Below are positions 11,583 to 23,325 of a DNA stretch of 64,000 bases, in pieces. The position numbers and the translations under genes are program-made. Location of the stretch: the NCBI GenBank assembly GCA_003209675.1, contig QCPX01000008.1, positions 3,429 to 67,428 on the forward strand. The letters are read 5' to 3'. This DNA is from Prochlorococcus sp. AG-442-N07. Its GTDB lineage: Bacteria > Cyanobacteriota > Cyanobacteriia > PCC-6307 > Cyanobiaceae. The notes beneath the pieces are model-generated. The model saw nothing but the letters and a program-made list of their open reading frames with translations. It was not told the origin of the DNA and made no database searches. Position 1 is the first letter of the stretch. Every line of letters starts with the position of its first letter.

Positions 11583-12884
11583 ATGAAACCTCAACTAACA
11601 CTCCAAAGTCCTTTAGAGCTGCCTTATCAGGAAATTTCTAATTACCTCAATAAATTATGGATTTCTGAAGATAAAGATAATAGTGGAGCTAATACTTTTA
11701 CATTAATGGTCTGGCAGCCTGCTTGGCTAGAACAATGTTTGGTTCAAAAAGGATTAGTAAATGGCCCAATTACTGGAAATTTAAGTCCGGAGATAATTGA
11801 AGTTGCAAAAAAATTTATATTAGATCAAGGACTTCCTATCACTACTTCTCTTAATAGTGAAGAATTATTGAACTTATTGAAGGAAAATTTATCTAATAAA
11901 GACTTTGAAGATTTTAGAGGACAATTTTTTGAATCATCAATAAGTACATTGAATCCAAGAAGATTGATAACTCTAGCGCCAACATTAAATAAAAATTCAG
12001 ATATCAAAACTTTTGTATCAGCTTACTGTCCATTAAGTGATACTCCAGCTATGCAACCTATATGTGGGGATTTAGTTGTTATTAGGGGGGACTCTGACTC
12101 CATTTCTAATAAAGGATTAAAAATAATTGATGAATTATCTATTGATGAATTACCTACATGGTTGTGGTGGAATGGAAATTTGGATGAATCGCCTGAAATC
12201 TTCGAATATTTTTCTAACTATGGTCTCAGGTTAATAATTGATACTGCTCTTGGATCGCCTCAAAGATGTTTAAAAGTTTTAGATCAATTAAATAATTCAA
12301 ATAAAGCTATTAATGATTTAAATTGGGTTAGATTGAAAAACTGGCGGGAATCATTGGCAATGATTTTTGATCCGCCTTCGAGGAGATCAATTTTAGATCA
12401 TATTACTGATATTGATATTGATATCGCAGGAAATCATATGATTCAAGCTTTGTTTTTGATTTCATGGATTAGTGATAAACTTGGTTGGTCTTTTCTAAGA
12501 GTTGAAAGGGATACAGAATCAACGAAAATAGAGTTTGAGAGAATTAATGGCGAAATAATTTCTGTATCAATTAATCCCTTATCTCTGGGAAATCCAAGTA
12601 TTCATTTAGGACAAGTTATTGGATTGAGGCTGATTTCAAAAATTAGTGAGGTTCAAAAAAATAACACTTGTGTAATACTTGGCTGTGAATCAGTGGAATG
12701 TATGAGACTTGAAGCAGGGGGAATGGCTAATATGGAATTAATAGAACAAGTTGTTCCAAATTCTTTTTCTACATCAGAGTACGATGTTAGTAAATTATTG
12801 GGAAGTAGTAGAGGTAATACCAGTCCTCTTTTTGAAAATTCTATTAAAATAGCTCTTCAAATATTTAATGGTTTTAACAACTAA
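11583..12884 (+). CDS. opcA: G6PDH assembly/allosteric protein OpcA
   Basis: Directly after zwf; LPTWLWW, RLIIDT and DLNWVRLKNWRESLAMIFDPP motifs. Confidence 0.92.
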   Translation: MKPQLTLQSPLELPYQEISNYLNKLWISEDKDNSGANTFTLMVWQPAWLEQCLVQKGLVNGPITGNLSPEIIEVAKKFILDQGLPITTSLNSEELLNLLKENLSNKDFEDFRGQFFESSISTLNPRRLITLAPTLNKNSDIKTFVSAYCPLSDTPAMQPICGDLVVIRGDSDSISNKGLKIIDELSIDELPTWLWWNGNLDESPEIFEYFSNYGLRLIIDTALGSPQRCLKVLDQLNNSNKAINDLNWVRLKNWRESLAMIFDPPSRRSILDHITDIDIDIAGNHMIQALFLISWISDKLGWSFLRVERDTESTKIEFERINGEIISVSINPLSLGNPSIHLGQVIGLRLISKISEVQKNNTCVILGCESVECMRLEAGGMANMELIEQVVPNSFSTSEYDVSKLLGSSRGNTSPLFENSIKIALQIFNGFNN

Positions 12885-12887
12885 TAG

Positions 12888-14279
12888 ATGCCTTGTGTAA
12901 TATCCTCTCCTTCAACTGATAGTGGGAAAACAACATTATCGCTATTGCTATCTTGTTGGGCGTTCTCAAAAGGTATAAAGATACAAACTTTCAAAGTTGG
13001 CCCAGATTATCTTGATCAACAACAACTTAGTTCAATTGGCCAACCTATTTGTAGGAATTTAGATATTTTTTTAAGTGGTGAGGAATGGGTTCAAGAAAGT
13101 TTTTTTAAATATTCTTTGAAATATGAATTCTCTTTAATTGAAGGGGCAATGGGTCTTTTTGATGGATTAGGGTCAACAACCTATTCCAGTACAGCAAATA
13201 TCTCCAAACTTCTCAATGTTCCAATAATTTTTATTGTTAATGCTAGAGGTCAAGCAGCTTCTCTTTTGGCGACTATTCGTGGTTTTAGAGATTTCGATAG
13301 TGAGTTGTCAATAGCAGGAATTATATTTAACAACGTTAATTCAGATAGACATAAAAAATTAATCAAAGAAGTTTTTCAAAATGAAGATATCGAAATTTTA
13401 GGTTTTTTACCATCTGATTCAAAAATAACTTTAAACAAAGCTAATTTAGGTTTGATATCTCCAATGGATAATGGAAAAGAAATTGATGTTGAATATTTTG
13501 CAAATTTCGCCGAAAGAAATCTTGATGTGTTTTCTCTCATTAAATTCCTGAAGTCTCCTCAAAAGAAAAAACTTAATCCTATCAATTTTAAAGATTTTAA
13601 AATTGATAAAATTAATCCTATCGCAATTGCAGAAGATAAAATTTTCCATTTTCAATACCCTGAAACTAAGGAGTATTTAAGTGAAATAGGTATTCCATTG
13701 ATTTCATGGAGTATTTATGATGATGAGGAAATACCTAATGAGGCTTCTTCTTTGATTATTCCTGGGGGGTTTCCTGAAAAATATGCTGATCATATAAGTA
13801 ACTCTTCAAAAAGCTTAAATTCGTTAAGGAAATTCCGCAAAAATGGATTTATATATGCTGAGTGCGGAGGGATGATGATTTTAGGAGACTCTATAAAAGA
13901 TGAAAATGGTAATAATCATAAAATGTCTGGCATCCTGCCTTTTAGATCAAAAAAAAGTAAACTTTCAGTGGGTTATAGATACATTGAGGGTTTAAAAGAT
14001 ACTCCGATAATTAAACAAAATCAATTAATTAGAGGACATGAATTTCATTACTGGGAAATTGAAAATAATTTATCTGAACTTGATTTTGGAAAAGCTGAGA
14101 GTTACAAGAAACTTAATTCTCCATGGAAAATTAAATCTTGGAAAACTGAATACAAAAATGAAGGCTTTTTTGATGAAAAATTACATGCAAGTTGGATTCA
14201 CTTACATTTGCCAAGTTCTCCGGAAGTCGCAAAAAATTTTATAGATGCCACCCAAATTACTTTTTCAAAGCATTCTTAA
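12888..14279 (+). CDS. cobB: Cobyrinate a,c-diamide synthase
   Basis: DSGKTT, FKVGPDYLD, IEGAMGLFDG, IIPGGFPE, YAECGGMM and GHEFHY motifs. Confidence 0.93.
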   Translation: MPCVISSPSTDSGKTTLSLLLSCWAFSKGIKIQTFKVGPDYLDQQQLSSIGQPICRNLDIFLSGEEWVQESFFKYSLKYEFSLIEGAMGLFDGLGSTTYSSTANISKLLNVPIIFIVNARGQAASLLATIRGFRDFDSELSIAGIIFNNVNSDRHKKLIKEVFQNEDIEILGFLPSDSKITLNKANLGLISPMDNGKEIDVEYFANFAERNLDVFSLIKFLKSPQKKKLNPINFKDFKIDKINPIAIAEDKIFHFQYPETKEYLSEIGIPLISWSIYDDEEIPNEASSLIIPGGFPEKYADHISNSSKSLNSLRKFRKNGFIYAECGGMMILGDSIKDENGNNHKMSGILPFRSKKSKLSVGYRYIEGLKDTPIIKQNQLIRGHEFHYWEIENNLSELDFGKAESYKKLNSPWKIKSWKTEYKNEGFFDEKLHASWIHLHLPSSPEVAKNFIDATQITFSKHS

Positions 14280-14755
14280 TTTATTATAAAATCAAATATT
14301 TTAAGAGGAGAACCTAAAAAATACATTCCTAGCAAAGTGATTAATGGTCCTAAGAAACTCCCCACAATGACCTCAATTTTTGTATGACCCAGGGTTTCTT
14401 TTAATAATAATTTAGATTGAGGGTCTAGTTTTTTTGATAGTTTATTAATTTCTGCAGCTTGAATCCCAGCTGATTTTCTAACACCACTAGCGTCATACAT
14501 AACTATTAGTGCCACAGCAACTGATAATGCAAATATTGAGCTATCAAATCCTAATTCATAACCTATACCAGATGTAGCACCAGTTATTAATGCCGAATGA
14601 CTTGAAGGCATACCACCAGTCTCGAACATAATTCCAAATCTTATCTCTCCATTTGAAAAGAAGTTGAATACAATTTTAAGAAATTGAGCTAGTAAACAGG
14701 ATAATAGGCTCCAGAAAAGTACTGAATTATTAAAAAAGGAAAAATGCTCAGACAT
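14276..14755 (-). CDS. Divergent PAP2 family protein (DUF212)
   Basis: GGMPSSHSA, VMYDASGVR and LGHT..EV motifs. Confidence 0.9.
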   Translation of the reverse strand: MSEHFSFFNNSVLFWSLLSCLLAQFLKIVFNFFSNGEIRFGIMFETGGMPSSHSALITGATSGIGYELGFDSSIFALSVAVALIVMYDASGVRKSAGIQAAEINKLSKKLDPQSKLLLKETLGHTKIEVIVGSFLGPLITLLGMYFLGSPLKIFDFIIN

Positions 14756-14768
14756 AAATTAAAAATAA

Positions 14769-15671
14769 TTAGCTGTCTCTACTTGTAATAAAGTCGGCTA
14801 ATGATATTAAATACTTTGCATCTGTACCCCAAGGTTTAATTGATTTTTTTGCTTTTTCTACTAAATCAAATGCTCTTTTCTTTGACTCCTCCATTCCAAG
14901 TAATTTAGGGTAAGTAGTTTTGTCAGCTAAAAGATCTTTGCCGGCAGTTTTACCAAGCTTTTCACTGCTGGAAGTTAAATCAAGAATATCATCTATTATT
15001 TGGAAGGCTAAACCAATTCCCTCTGCATATGTTGTTAGAGCTTTTAATAGTTCTTCGTTAGCTCCCGCGATCATCGCGCCTGTTCTTACGCAGGCCTTTA
15101 ATAAAGCCCCAGTCTTATGAAGATGAATATATTCGAGAGTTTCAAGGTCGACTTCTTTGCCTTCGCATTCCAAATCAACGACTTGCCCCCCGACTAGGCC
15201 AGGTGCACCAGCAACTAGGGATAATTCACCCACTACATTTAATAATCTATTTGGATCGACTCCAGGGCTTCTTAAAGAGACCATTTCAAAGGCCCTTGTT
15301 AATAAAGCATCGCCTGCAAGAATAGCTATTGCATCTCCATATACTTTATGATTGGTTGGCCTACCTCTCCTCAAGTCATCATTATCCATAGCGGGCAGAT
15401 CATCATGAATCAAGGACATTGTATGGATCATTTCTATTGCTACCGCAGTAGGTACTGCAAGAGAGGGCTCACCTCCAGCCAGTGAGCAAGATGCTAAACA
15501 TAAAATTGGACGTATTCTTTTCCCTCCAGCTAAAAGGGAATATCTCATTGACTCTCTTAATATTTCTGGATTCTCAGGGCCCAAGGAAAAATCAAGTGCT
15601 TCTTCTACAACCTTTTTTGTATTTTTAAGATATTTTTCAAAATCAGAAATACTATTAATAACTTCAGTCAT
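14769..15671 (-). CDS. crtE: Geranylgeranyl diphosphate synthase
   Basis: [32 protein letters not shown] and FQIIDD motifs. Confidence 0.95.
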   Translation of the reverse strand: MTEVINSISDFEKYLKNTKKVVEEALDFSLGPENPEILRESMRYSLLAGGKRIRPILCLASCSLAGGEPSLAVPTAVAIEMIHTMSLIHDDLPAMDNDDLRRGRPTNHKVYGDAIAILAGDALLTRAFEMVSLRSPGVDPNRLLNVVGELSLVAGAPGLVGGQVVDLECEGKEVDLETLEYIHLHKTGALLKACVRTGAMIAGANEELLKALTTYAEGIGLAFQIIDDILDLTSSSEKLGKTAGKDLLADKTTYPKLLGMEESKKRAFDLVEKAKKSIKPWGTDAKYLISLADFITSRDS

Positions 15672-15708
15672 TTTATACCTTTAGTAAAAAAAATTTTCAT
15701 CTTGGAGT

Positions 15709-16605
15709 TTATGGCAAAAGGTCATTAAGAGTTGATGATAAACCAAATTGTTTTTGCCAACTATAAATAGTATTTACAAGTAACATTGTTACTGTCATTG
15801 GTCCAACACCTCCTGGTACAGGTGTGTAAGCAAATACTTTAGAAATGACATCTTCTAATAATACATCGCCACATAATCTGGTTTTATTTTTATCGGAACT
15901 TTTTAATCTATGTATTCCAACATCAATAATTACTGCTCCTTCTTTCACAAAACTAGAATCTACAAGATTGGGTTTTCCGGCAGCCGCAATTAGAATGTCG
16001 GCTTCTTTACAGACTTTATTCAAATTTAATGTTTTTGAGTGAGTAATTGTTACAGTGCCATTTAGATTCACCAACATAAGCGATAGGGGTTTACCAACAA
16101 GCAAACTTCTTCCTATGACAACAATTTTCTTACCTTCAATTGTAATATTTTGGGATCTTAATAAATTAATGATTCCTGCTGGTGTGCATGATCTCATCGC
16201 AGGCTCATTTTTCACTAGTTTGCCTATGTTTATCTCATTTAGTCCATCTACATCTTTGCTTGGATTAATATTGCTGATCAGTTTTTGTTCGTCAAACTTC
16301 TTTGGGATAGGAAGTTGAAGTAGCATTCCATCAACATCCTTATCAGAATTAAGTTTGATTATTAATTGTTCAACTTCTTTTTGCTCTACACTATCTTTTA
16401 GATGAAAGACAAAGCTCTTTATTCCAATCCTTGAACATGCTTTTTCCTTGTTATTAACGTAAACACCACTTGCAGGGTCTTCACCTATTCTTATTACAGC
16501 TAAACCTGGAGCTCTTTTTGCAATTTTTTTATTACTAGAGATATAGTCAGTTAATCTTTCTTCAATTTCAAGAGATAATTTTTTACCGTCTAATTTTAAT
16601 GACAT
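15709..16605 (-). CDS. folD: Bifunctional methylene-THF dehydrogenase/cyclohydrolase
   Basis: [19 protein letters not shown] and [11 protein letters not shown] motifs. Confidence 0.96.
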   Translation of the reverse strand: MSLKLDGKKLSLEIEERLTDYISSNKKIAKRAPGLAVIRIGEDPASGVYVNNKEKACSRIGIKSFVFHLKDSVEQKEVEQLIIKLNSDKDVDGMLLQLPIPKKFDEQKLISNINPSKDVDGLNEINIGKLVKNEPAMRSCTPAGIINLLRSQNITIEGKKIVVIGRSLLVGKPLSLMLVNLNGTVTITHSKTLNLNKVCKEADILIAAAGKPNLVDSSFVKEGAVIIDVGIHRLKSSDKNKTRLCGDVLLEDVISKVFAYTPVPGGVGPMTVTMLLVNTIYSWQKQFGLSSTLNDLLP

Positions 16606-16679
16606 TTAGAAAAACATCTCCTTTTTACACCTAGCATGCCTATAATTTGAAATTATTCAAATAGATTTATATATATTCT

Positions 16680-18152
16680 GTGCAAAACATCACAACTACC
16701 TTAAAGAAATTGTTTTATCTGTGGAGGCGAAGTCAAGTACCAGTAAAACAACCATTTAAAATTTCAAGTATAGATAATCTCATAATTTTTTTAGTATGCA
16801 TTTTAATTTCAATAATTTCTTCTTATAAACTACTTCTTATCTCGCCTTTAAATATCGCAGATATTTTTTCTTGGCTTTTGACATTTACTGAAATACTTAT
16901 TAGTTCCGGAGTTTTGATATTAGTTTCAAAAAAAGAAAATCCCTCCATTTCTTCAAGACAAATCTTCTTGATCATTACTCTTCTTTTAGCAGTACAAGTT
17001 ACGAAATTAGCCTTAGCTTCAACCATAAGTCCATTATCTATAATAATTCCACCAGCATTAATAATATCTCAAGGAATGGGAAGCATAACAGCTTTAACTT
17101 GGGTATCAATAGCGAGTCTTATTTGGCCTGACCCAGAAATTGTTATCAATAACAACTTATTTTTTATTTTATTAGTTTGTGCTTCAATAGTTTCACTACT
17201 TGGAGGAAGAATAAGAAGTAGAGCTCAGCTACTTCAACTATCAATTTTTGTACCCATAGGATCTTTCTTGAGTCAATGGATATTGATAGATAAAGATAAA
17301 ATATCTCTTATTAATAAGCAAGATTTTGTTTTAGCTAATGGGGATATTTTCTCTGATTCCTTGCTTTTGGCTATAGCTATGCTTTTTACAATCTTATTTG
17401 TTCCTATTTTTGAATCGATATTCGGATTATTAACTAAAGCAAGATTACTCGAATTGGCTGATAAGGAGAAACCTCTAATTAGAAGATTGTCTCTAGAAGC
17501 GCCTGGTACTTTTGAACATACTTTACTTATATGTGGTTTAGCAGAGGAAGCAACGAGAATGATTGGTGGTGATATTGATCTAATTAAAACTGGAGCGTTA
17601 TATCATGATGTTGGCAAATTACATGCACCTAATTGGTTTATTGAAAATCAGGATGGTTCAAAAAATCCGCATGACGAATTAGATGATCCGATTAAAAGTG
17701 CAGAAGTATTACAGGCTCACGTTGATGAAGGATTAAAATTTGCAAGAAAAAATCGACTACCTAAACCGATAGCTAATTTTATTCCTGAACATCAAGGTAC
17801 CCTTAAAATGGGATATTTTTTTCAAAAAGCTAAAGAAAAAAATCCTGACATTAATGAATATTATTTTAGATACAAAGGCCCTATTCCTCAGTCCAAAGAA
17901 ACAGCTATTTTAATGCTTGCGGATGGATGTGAAGCAGCACTAAGAGCTATGAATATTAATGCATCCGATAAAGAAGCTTTGGAAACAATTTCTAATATTA
18001 TCTATTCGCGTAAAAAAGATGGGCAATTAGATGATAGTAATTTATCGAAAGGAGAAATTTTTCTAATAAAAAGGGCATTCTTGAATGTTTGGAAAAGAAT
18101 TAGACACAGAAGAATTCAGTATCCAACTAGCAAGAATAATACTTTTTCTTAA
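16680..18152 (+). CDS. Membrane-bound HDIG/HD phosphohydrolase (7TM-HD, PgpH-like)
   Basis: Multiple TM helices, then APGTFEHT, YHDVGK, FIPEHQGT, YKGPIPQSKE and MLADGCEAA motifs. Confidence 0.85.
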   Translation: MQNITTTLKKLFYLWRRSQVPVKQPFKISSIDNLIIFLVCILISIISSYKLLLISPLNIADIFSWLLTFTEILISSGVLILVSKKENPSISSRQIFLIITLLLAVQVTKLALASTISPLSIIIPPALIISQGMGSITALTWVSIASLIWPDPEIVINNNLFFILLVCASIVSLLGGRIRSRAQLLQLSIFVPIGSFLSQWILIDKDKISLINKQDFVLANGDIFSDSLLLAIAMLFTILFVPIFESIFGLLTKARLLELADKEKPLIRRLSLEAPGTFEHTLLICGLAEEATRMIGGDIDLIKTGALYHDVGKLHAPNWFIENQDGSKNPHDELDDPIKSAEVLQAHVDEGLKFARKNRLPKPIANFIPEHQGTLKMGYFFQKAKEKNPDINEYYFRYKGPIPQSKETAILMLADGCEAALRAMNINASDKEALETISNIIYSRKKDGQLDDSNLSKGEIFLIKRAFLNVWKRIRHRRIQYPTSKNNTFS

Positions 18153-18160
18153 TTTCATTT

Positions 18161-18553
18161 TTATAACCTAATACTTCTTCGATGTTTAGGATTACACCAA
18201 TAAAGAAGAGCTAACGTACTTAATAATGTTGTTAAAAGAGTAAACCCACCAACTCCATAAATGTCTTGGAGAGTTATGAGCCTTACAACTGAATAAGGAC
18301 CCATACCAGAAATTACCATTGATAAAGATACCAAAGTTAAAGTTACTCCCCATTTTCTCTCCGCTAAAAGAGCTGCTGAAGAAACTATTCCAACAATTGC
18401 AGAAGGCCATCCAAGACTTATGGCAAGAGTTATATTCGCAACTTTTAGTGGAGGCCCATAACTTATTATTAATGCTATTGTTGGAAGTGCGATTATGTTG
18501 CCGATTAAGCCAATCCACGAAAGTGCCCAATATCCAAGTACCCTTTCTCTCAT
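18161..18553 (-). CDS. Hypothetical 4-TM membrane protein
   Basis: 130-aa hydrophobic ORF filling the gap between the HD gene and leuA. Confidence 0.65.
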   Translation of the reverse strand: MRERVLGYWALSWIGLIGNIIALPTIALIISYGPPLKVANITLAISLGWPSAIVGIVSSAALLAERKWGVTLTLVSLSMVISGMGPYSVVRLITLQDIYGVGGFTLLTTLLSTLALLYWCNPKHRRSIRL

Positions 18554-18635
18554 TATTTACTGCTTTAACTATTAATTTAATCTACAGTATTAAGATACTA
18601 TTTTTAATGCTACTTAATAATCCTAAGAAAATAAT

Positions 18636-20276
18636 TTAACTTGCAGGATTAGATAGAAGTGTACTATCAGAATTCTCTAAATTATCAAATTGTGGATGAA
18701 TTGAATTTTTTTTCTCAGAAAATACAAGTCTATTTAAAGCATTAACGTAAGCATTCGCTGCAGCAACTACAACGTCTGTATCAGCAGAATGACCAGAATA
18801 TATTTTATTATCCCTTCTTATTCTTATTGTTACTTCGCCCAAAGCATCAATTCCTTCTGTTACCGACTTAACAGAAAATTCAATTAGTTCATTAGGAACT
18901 TTAGCTAATTTATTTAAAGCCTCACATACAGCATCAACGGGCCCAGTCCCTATTGATACAGCAGTATCCTCACTATTATCTTCCGTATTTAGAAGCGAAA
19001 TGGTGGCAGTAGGTTTAGAGGCGTTACCACAACTTACTTGTACAAGACTTAATTGAAATTTAGCTTCTGGGAGCTGAACTTGTTCACTAACAATTGCTTC
19101 TAAGTCTCTATCAGTAATTTCTCTTTTCCTGTCAGCTAAATCCTTAAAACGAGCAAAAGCATCATTTAAATCTTCTCGGCTTAAGTCATATCCCATCTCT
19201 TCTAATCTCGCTCTTACAGCACTTCTTCCACTAAGTTTCCCTAAAGATATTTTGTTGTCACTCAAACCAACAGTTTTTGCATCGATAATTTCGTAGGTTA
19301 GTCTATTTTTTAAAACCCCATCCTGATGGATGCCTGATTCATGTGCAAAAGCGTTAGCTCCCACAATTGCTTTATTAGGTTGTACCGTCATTCCAGTTAG
19401 GTTAGAAACAAGTCTAGAGGTTTTTGTTATTTCTTCTGTTCTTATAGCCGTAAGAGGAGTTGGGGAATCTGGATTTCTTTTGAAAAAACTATTAAAAAAA
19501 CTTTTCCTAACATGAAGTGCCATTACTAATTCTTCTAGAGAGGCATTCCCGGCTCTTTCACCAATTCCATTAATAGTACATTCTAGTTGTCTTGCTCCAT
19601 TTTTTACTGCCTCAAGAAAATTGGCTACTGCTAAACCCAAATCATTATGACCATGAACCGAGATTACTGCATCATCAATATTTGGAACATTTTTATTTAT
19701 ATCGGCAATTAGTTTGCCAAATTCACTAGGAGTAGTAAATCCAACAGTATCAGGGATATTTATTGTTGTCGCTCCTGCAGCAATTGCTAGTTGAATCACT
19801 TCGTATAAAAATTCAGGATCACTCCTTGAGGCATCTTCACAAGAAAACTCAATATCATCTACTAATGATTTTGCATAATTAACCATTTCTGGAACTATTT
19901 GAAGAACATCTTTTCTGGATTTTTTAAGTTTATGTTTAAGATGAATATCACTTGTAGCAATAAAAGTATGTATTCTTTTCTTGGGAGCTGGACTTACCGC
20001 TTCGTAACATGCTTTTATATCTCCTTTAGACGCTCTAGCTAAACCACATATTATAGGGCCATTTTCTTTTCCTACAGCACTTGCAATTTTATTAACAGCT
20101 TTAAAATCTCCAGGACTAGCGAAAGGGAATCCAGCTTCAATAACATCTACCCCCAATCTTGCTAATTGATGGGCAATAGCGAGTTTTTCTTCGAGATTTA
20201 AACTGGCACCAGGAGATTGCTCTCCATCTCGAAGAGTTGTATCAAATATCAAAATTCTTCCAGGATCTTTTGACAT
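18636..20276 (-). CDS. leuA: 2-isopropylmalate synthase
   Basis: [34 protein letters not shown] and GTGPVDA motifs. Confidence 0.97.
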   Translation of the reverse strand: MSKDPGRILIFDTTLRDGEQSPGASLNLEEKLAIAHQLARLGVDVIEAGFPFASPGDFKAVNKIASAVGKENGPIICGLARASKGDIKACYEAVSPAPKKRIHTFIATSDIHLKHKLKKSRKDVLQIVPEMVNYAKSLVDDIEFSCEDASRSDPEFLYEVIQLAIAAGATTINIPDTVGFTTPSEFGKLIADINKNVPNIDDAVISVHGHNDLGLAVANFLEAVKNGARQLECTINGIGERAGNASLEELVMALHVRKSFFNSFFKRNPDSPTPLTAIRTEEITKTSRLVSNLTGMTVQPNKAIVGANAFAHESGIHQDGVLKNRLTYEIIDAKTVGLSDNKISLGKLSGRSAVRARLEEMGYDLSREDLNDAFARFKDLADRKREITDRDLEAIVSEQVQLPEAKFQLSLVQVSCGNASKPTATISLLNTEDNSEDTAVSIGTGPVDAVCEALNKLAKVPNELIEFSVKSVTEGIDALGEVTIRIRRDNKIYSGHSADTDVVVAAANAYVNALNRLVFSEKKNSIHPQFDNLENSDSTLLSNPAS

Positions 20277-20500
20277 CAGAAGGAATAATATAAACTTATA
20301 CTAAGCTAATTAAAAAAATTTGACTAGATTTAACTCAATAATATTTGCCGAAAGTTTATAACTTAAATAATATTGGTTAAAATTCTGAAAAAAAAAATAA
20401 AATATTAAGATTTTAAAGTATTCTTTTATGATTAAAGTCTTCTTTTTTTAAAAAATTATTTTCGATTTTTTATAGGATTATAGACATAAATTTAAAAAGT

Positions 20501-22084
20501 ATGAATGGGAAATACTCTGAAAATAATGTTTTAGGCCAGTTAGCGATAGTTTTACATGCTCACTTACCTTATGTCAGGAAAAATGAAAAAAACTCTTTAG
20601 AAGAGGATTGGCTATTTCAGGCGATTTTGGAATGTTATATACCACTACTTCAATCAATAGAATCTTCCAAAAATGAAAATCCTTTAAATACCAAACTTAC
20701 TATTAGTTTGTCTCCAACATTATTATCACTTCTAAATAATAAAAAAATTCAAGAAACATTCCCAAGCTGGATCGAAACAAGAAATGATTTCTTAAAAGAA
20801 CTGCCAAAAGAAGAAAAAAATGCCTCTTCATTTTTAATGAATAACCTCAATGAAAAATACCTGTATTGGCAAAAATGTTCTGGAAATTTAATTGAGAAGT
20901 TTAGAGTTTTAAATAATTCTGGAAATTTGGATATTCTTACTTGTGCTGCTACACACGGATATTTGCCAATCCTAAGGGAGAATCCAGAAACTGTTAAAGG
21001 ACAAATCAATACAGCCATTAGGAACCATGAAAATATTTTTGGAACTAAGCCTCTAGGTATTTGGTTGCCTGAATGTGCATATTATGAGAATTTAGATGAA
21101 ATGCTATTTAATTCCGGAATTAGATATGCAATCTTAGATGGTCACGGTATTTTAAACGCTACGCCACGGCCTAGGTATGGTGTGTACGCTCCAATATGCT
21201 CGAAAAAAGGAGTTGCATTCTTTGGAAGAGATAGTGAGTCAACTTTACCCGTTTGGTCAGCAAAGGACGGATTTCCGGGAGACAAAGTTTATAGGGAATT
21301 TCATAAAGATTTGGGATGGGAATTACCTATTTCCAAACTCCAAAAGAAAGGTATCTCAACTAAAAGACCTTTAGGTTTGAAGTTTTATAAGATTACAGAT
21401 GATAAGGTGCCGTTAGGGGAAAAGGCGTTTTACTTAGAAAATGAAGCCAAAAAGAGGGTTGCAGAACATGCTGATTCTTATCTTCGCGCGAGATCCAAAC
21501 AATTAGAAAAATTAACATTATCCTCTTCCTTTAAGCCCTTATTGGTAGCTCCATTTGATGCAGAGTTATTTGGTCATTGGTGGTATGAGGGACCTTTTTT
21601 TATTGAAAATATTTTAAAAAACTCTAGTAAATATTCAATTAAGCTTACAAATTTAAAAGAATTCTTAATTCAAAAGCCAAATCTTCAGATTTGCGATCCA
21701 TCACCATCAAGCTGGGGACAAGGAGGTTACCATAACTACTGGATTAATGATGCAAATGCGTGGATTGTTCCAGAAATCACCAAAGCAGGGTCTACTTTTG
21801 TTGAATTATGTTCTAAAAATATTAAAAATGACCTATCTCCAAGACTTTTCAAGCAAGCAGCTAGAGAATTACTTCTCTCTGAGTCCTCTGATTGGAGTTT
21901 TATACTAAGAGCGGGAACTACAACTGAACTTGCAAAAGAGAGGATAAAAAGACATTTGTTCAGGTTCTGGAAAATAGTTGAAATGATTAGGAATCATTCC
22001 AATATAAATTTAAAATTTCTTGAAGATATTGAGGAAGAAGATAAAGTTTTCCCAGATATTAATATTGATGATTGGCGAAAATAA
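20501..22084 (+). CDS. Glycoside hydrolase family 57 (branching-enzyme-like, DUF1957)
   Basis: LHAHLPYV, ATHGYLP, GIWLPECAY, FDAELFGHWW and SSDWSF motifs. Confidence 0.92.
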   Translation: MNGKYSENNVLGQLAIVLHAHLPYVRKNEKNSLEEDWLFQAILECYIPLLQSIESSKNENPLNTKLTISLSPTLLSLLNNKKIQETFPSWIETRNDFLKELPKEEKNASSFLMNNLNEKYLYWQKCSGNLIEKFRVLNNSGNLDILTCAATHGYLPILRENPETVKGQINTAIRNHENIFGTKPLGIWLPECAYYENLDEMLFNSGIRYAILDGHGILNATPRPRYGVYAPICSKKGVAFFGRDSESTLPVWSAKDGFPGDKVYREFHKDLGWELPISKLQKKGISTKRPLGLKFYKITDDKVPLGEKAFYLENEAKKRVAEHADSYLRARSKQLEKLTLSSSFKPLLVAPFDAELFGHWWYEGPFFIENILKNSSKYSIKLTNLKEFLIQKPNLQICDPSPSSWGQGGYHNYWINDANAWIVPEITKAGSTFVELCSKNIKNDLSPRLFKQAARELLLSESSDWSFILRAGTTTELAKERIKRHLFRFWKIVEMIRNHSNINLKFLEDIEEEDKVFPDINIDDWRK

Positions 22085-22090
22085 AAAATA

Positions 22091-23302
22091 CTAATTTAAC
22101 TTAAGCATTCCTAGTTTTACTTTTAAAGGTGAATTTATAAACATCTTACTCATCACGTAAATTAGTTTTGGAAGTGGAAGTGTATTTGTAAGAAAACCAA
22201 CCCATTCATTGGTCGATAATCTAAAGAAATTTGAGAAAAAGCTTCTTAATCTACTTTCGTCAAAACTCATCAGTCTTCTTAAACCATATTGGTAAAGTTT
22301 ATGTCTTTGTATTAACTCGTAAGGCCATAGGATCTCCCAACCTTTTGTTGCTAGTTCAATAGAACTGAGATTAGGTTCTTTTAAAAAGATTGCTAATTTT
22401 TCTGCAAGGAGTGGAGCTCTTCTTAATAAAGATCCGATCATGTATCCTGATGCAGGATGTACCATGCTTGCAGACCCTCCAAAACCAAGTACAAATTGTT
22501 TTTTAAATGGGAGGGGTAAATTCATTGGGAAAAGGCAATTCTCTTCATGAAAAATTTCACTTACCTGAATACCCTTGCTATTCAATCTTTTAAAAAGTCT
22601 TTTTTTAAGATTCTCTTGGGATAAGGCAGGATAACTAGCTAATGATGTTTCTTCAACAAAAAAAGTTTCATTTCCAAGATCCATTGCATAAAGAAATGAA
22701 GGAGATGATAACTTTTCTTCATTGTTTAAATGATTTGGACGAAAATCCATTAAAACAAACTGATCCTTATTAACTGGTGGTGATGAAAATTTACCGACAA
22801 TCCCATACGCAGCTTGTTGAGCGATTTCATTTTGGATTGGTCTTTTTATGAAATTACTTTTATGACCACTTGCGTCAATGACTAACCTCGCCTTTATTTT
22901 TAGACCTGAAAAACAAATCACTTCAGATAGTTTATTTTTCTCTTTAATATCTTTTGCTGTCTCATTCAACCATTCAATCCCATTACATTTTTTTAAAAGT
23001 TCATTTTGAAAAGCTTCTTGATTTATCAAACCATAATCGTAATTATGTTTTGTAGGATTATCTCCCTTTTTATTTTCACCATTTCCAAAAAAACTAACTG
23101 TTTTGCACCACCGATGAGATAACAAAGACTCTAATCCTAATTCCTCTAATTCAGAAGCCCAAATACCATATGTATTTTCCCATTTTTCATTTGGAGATTT
23201 AGTTGATATGCCCTTTATATTAAGATCTTGCTTGGCTAATTCTGAGGCCAAGCATAGTGCTGCAGGCCCGGAACCTAAAATTAGAATATCAAGTATTTCC
23301 AT
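22091..23302 (-). CDS. crtL: Lycopene beta-cyclase
   Basis: ILGSGPA FAD motif, FLYAMD, FFVEETSL and VHPASGY motifs. Confidence 0.9.
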   Translation of the reverse strand: MEILDILILGSGPAALCLASELAKQDLNIKGISTKSPNEKWENTYGIWASELEELGLESLLSHRWCKTVSFFGNGENKKGDNPTKHNYDYGLINQEAFQNELLKKCNGIEWLNETAKDIKEKNKLSEVICFSGLKIKARLVIDASGHKSNFIKRPIQNEIAQQAAYGIVGKFSSPPVNKDQFVLMDFRPNHLNNEEKLSSPSFLYAMDLGNETFFVEETSLASYPALSQENLKKRLFKRLNSKGIQVSEIFHEENCLFPMNLPLPFKKQFVLGFGGSASMVHPASGYMIGSLLRRAPLLAEKLAIFLKEPNLSSIELATKGWEILWPYELIQRHKLYQYGLRRLMSFDESRLRSFFSNFFRLSTNEWVGFLTNTLPLPKLIYVMSKMFINSPLKVKLGMLKLN

Positions 23303-23325
23303 ATAATCTAATAAACCATTTTCTT

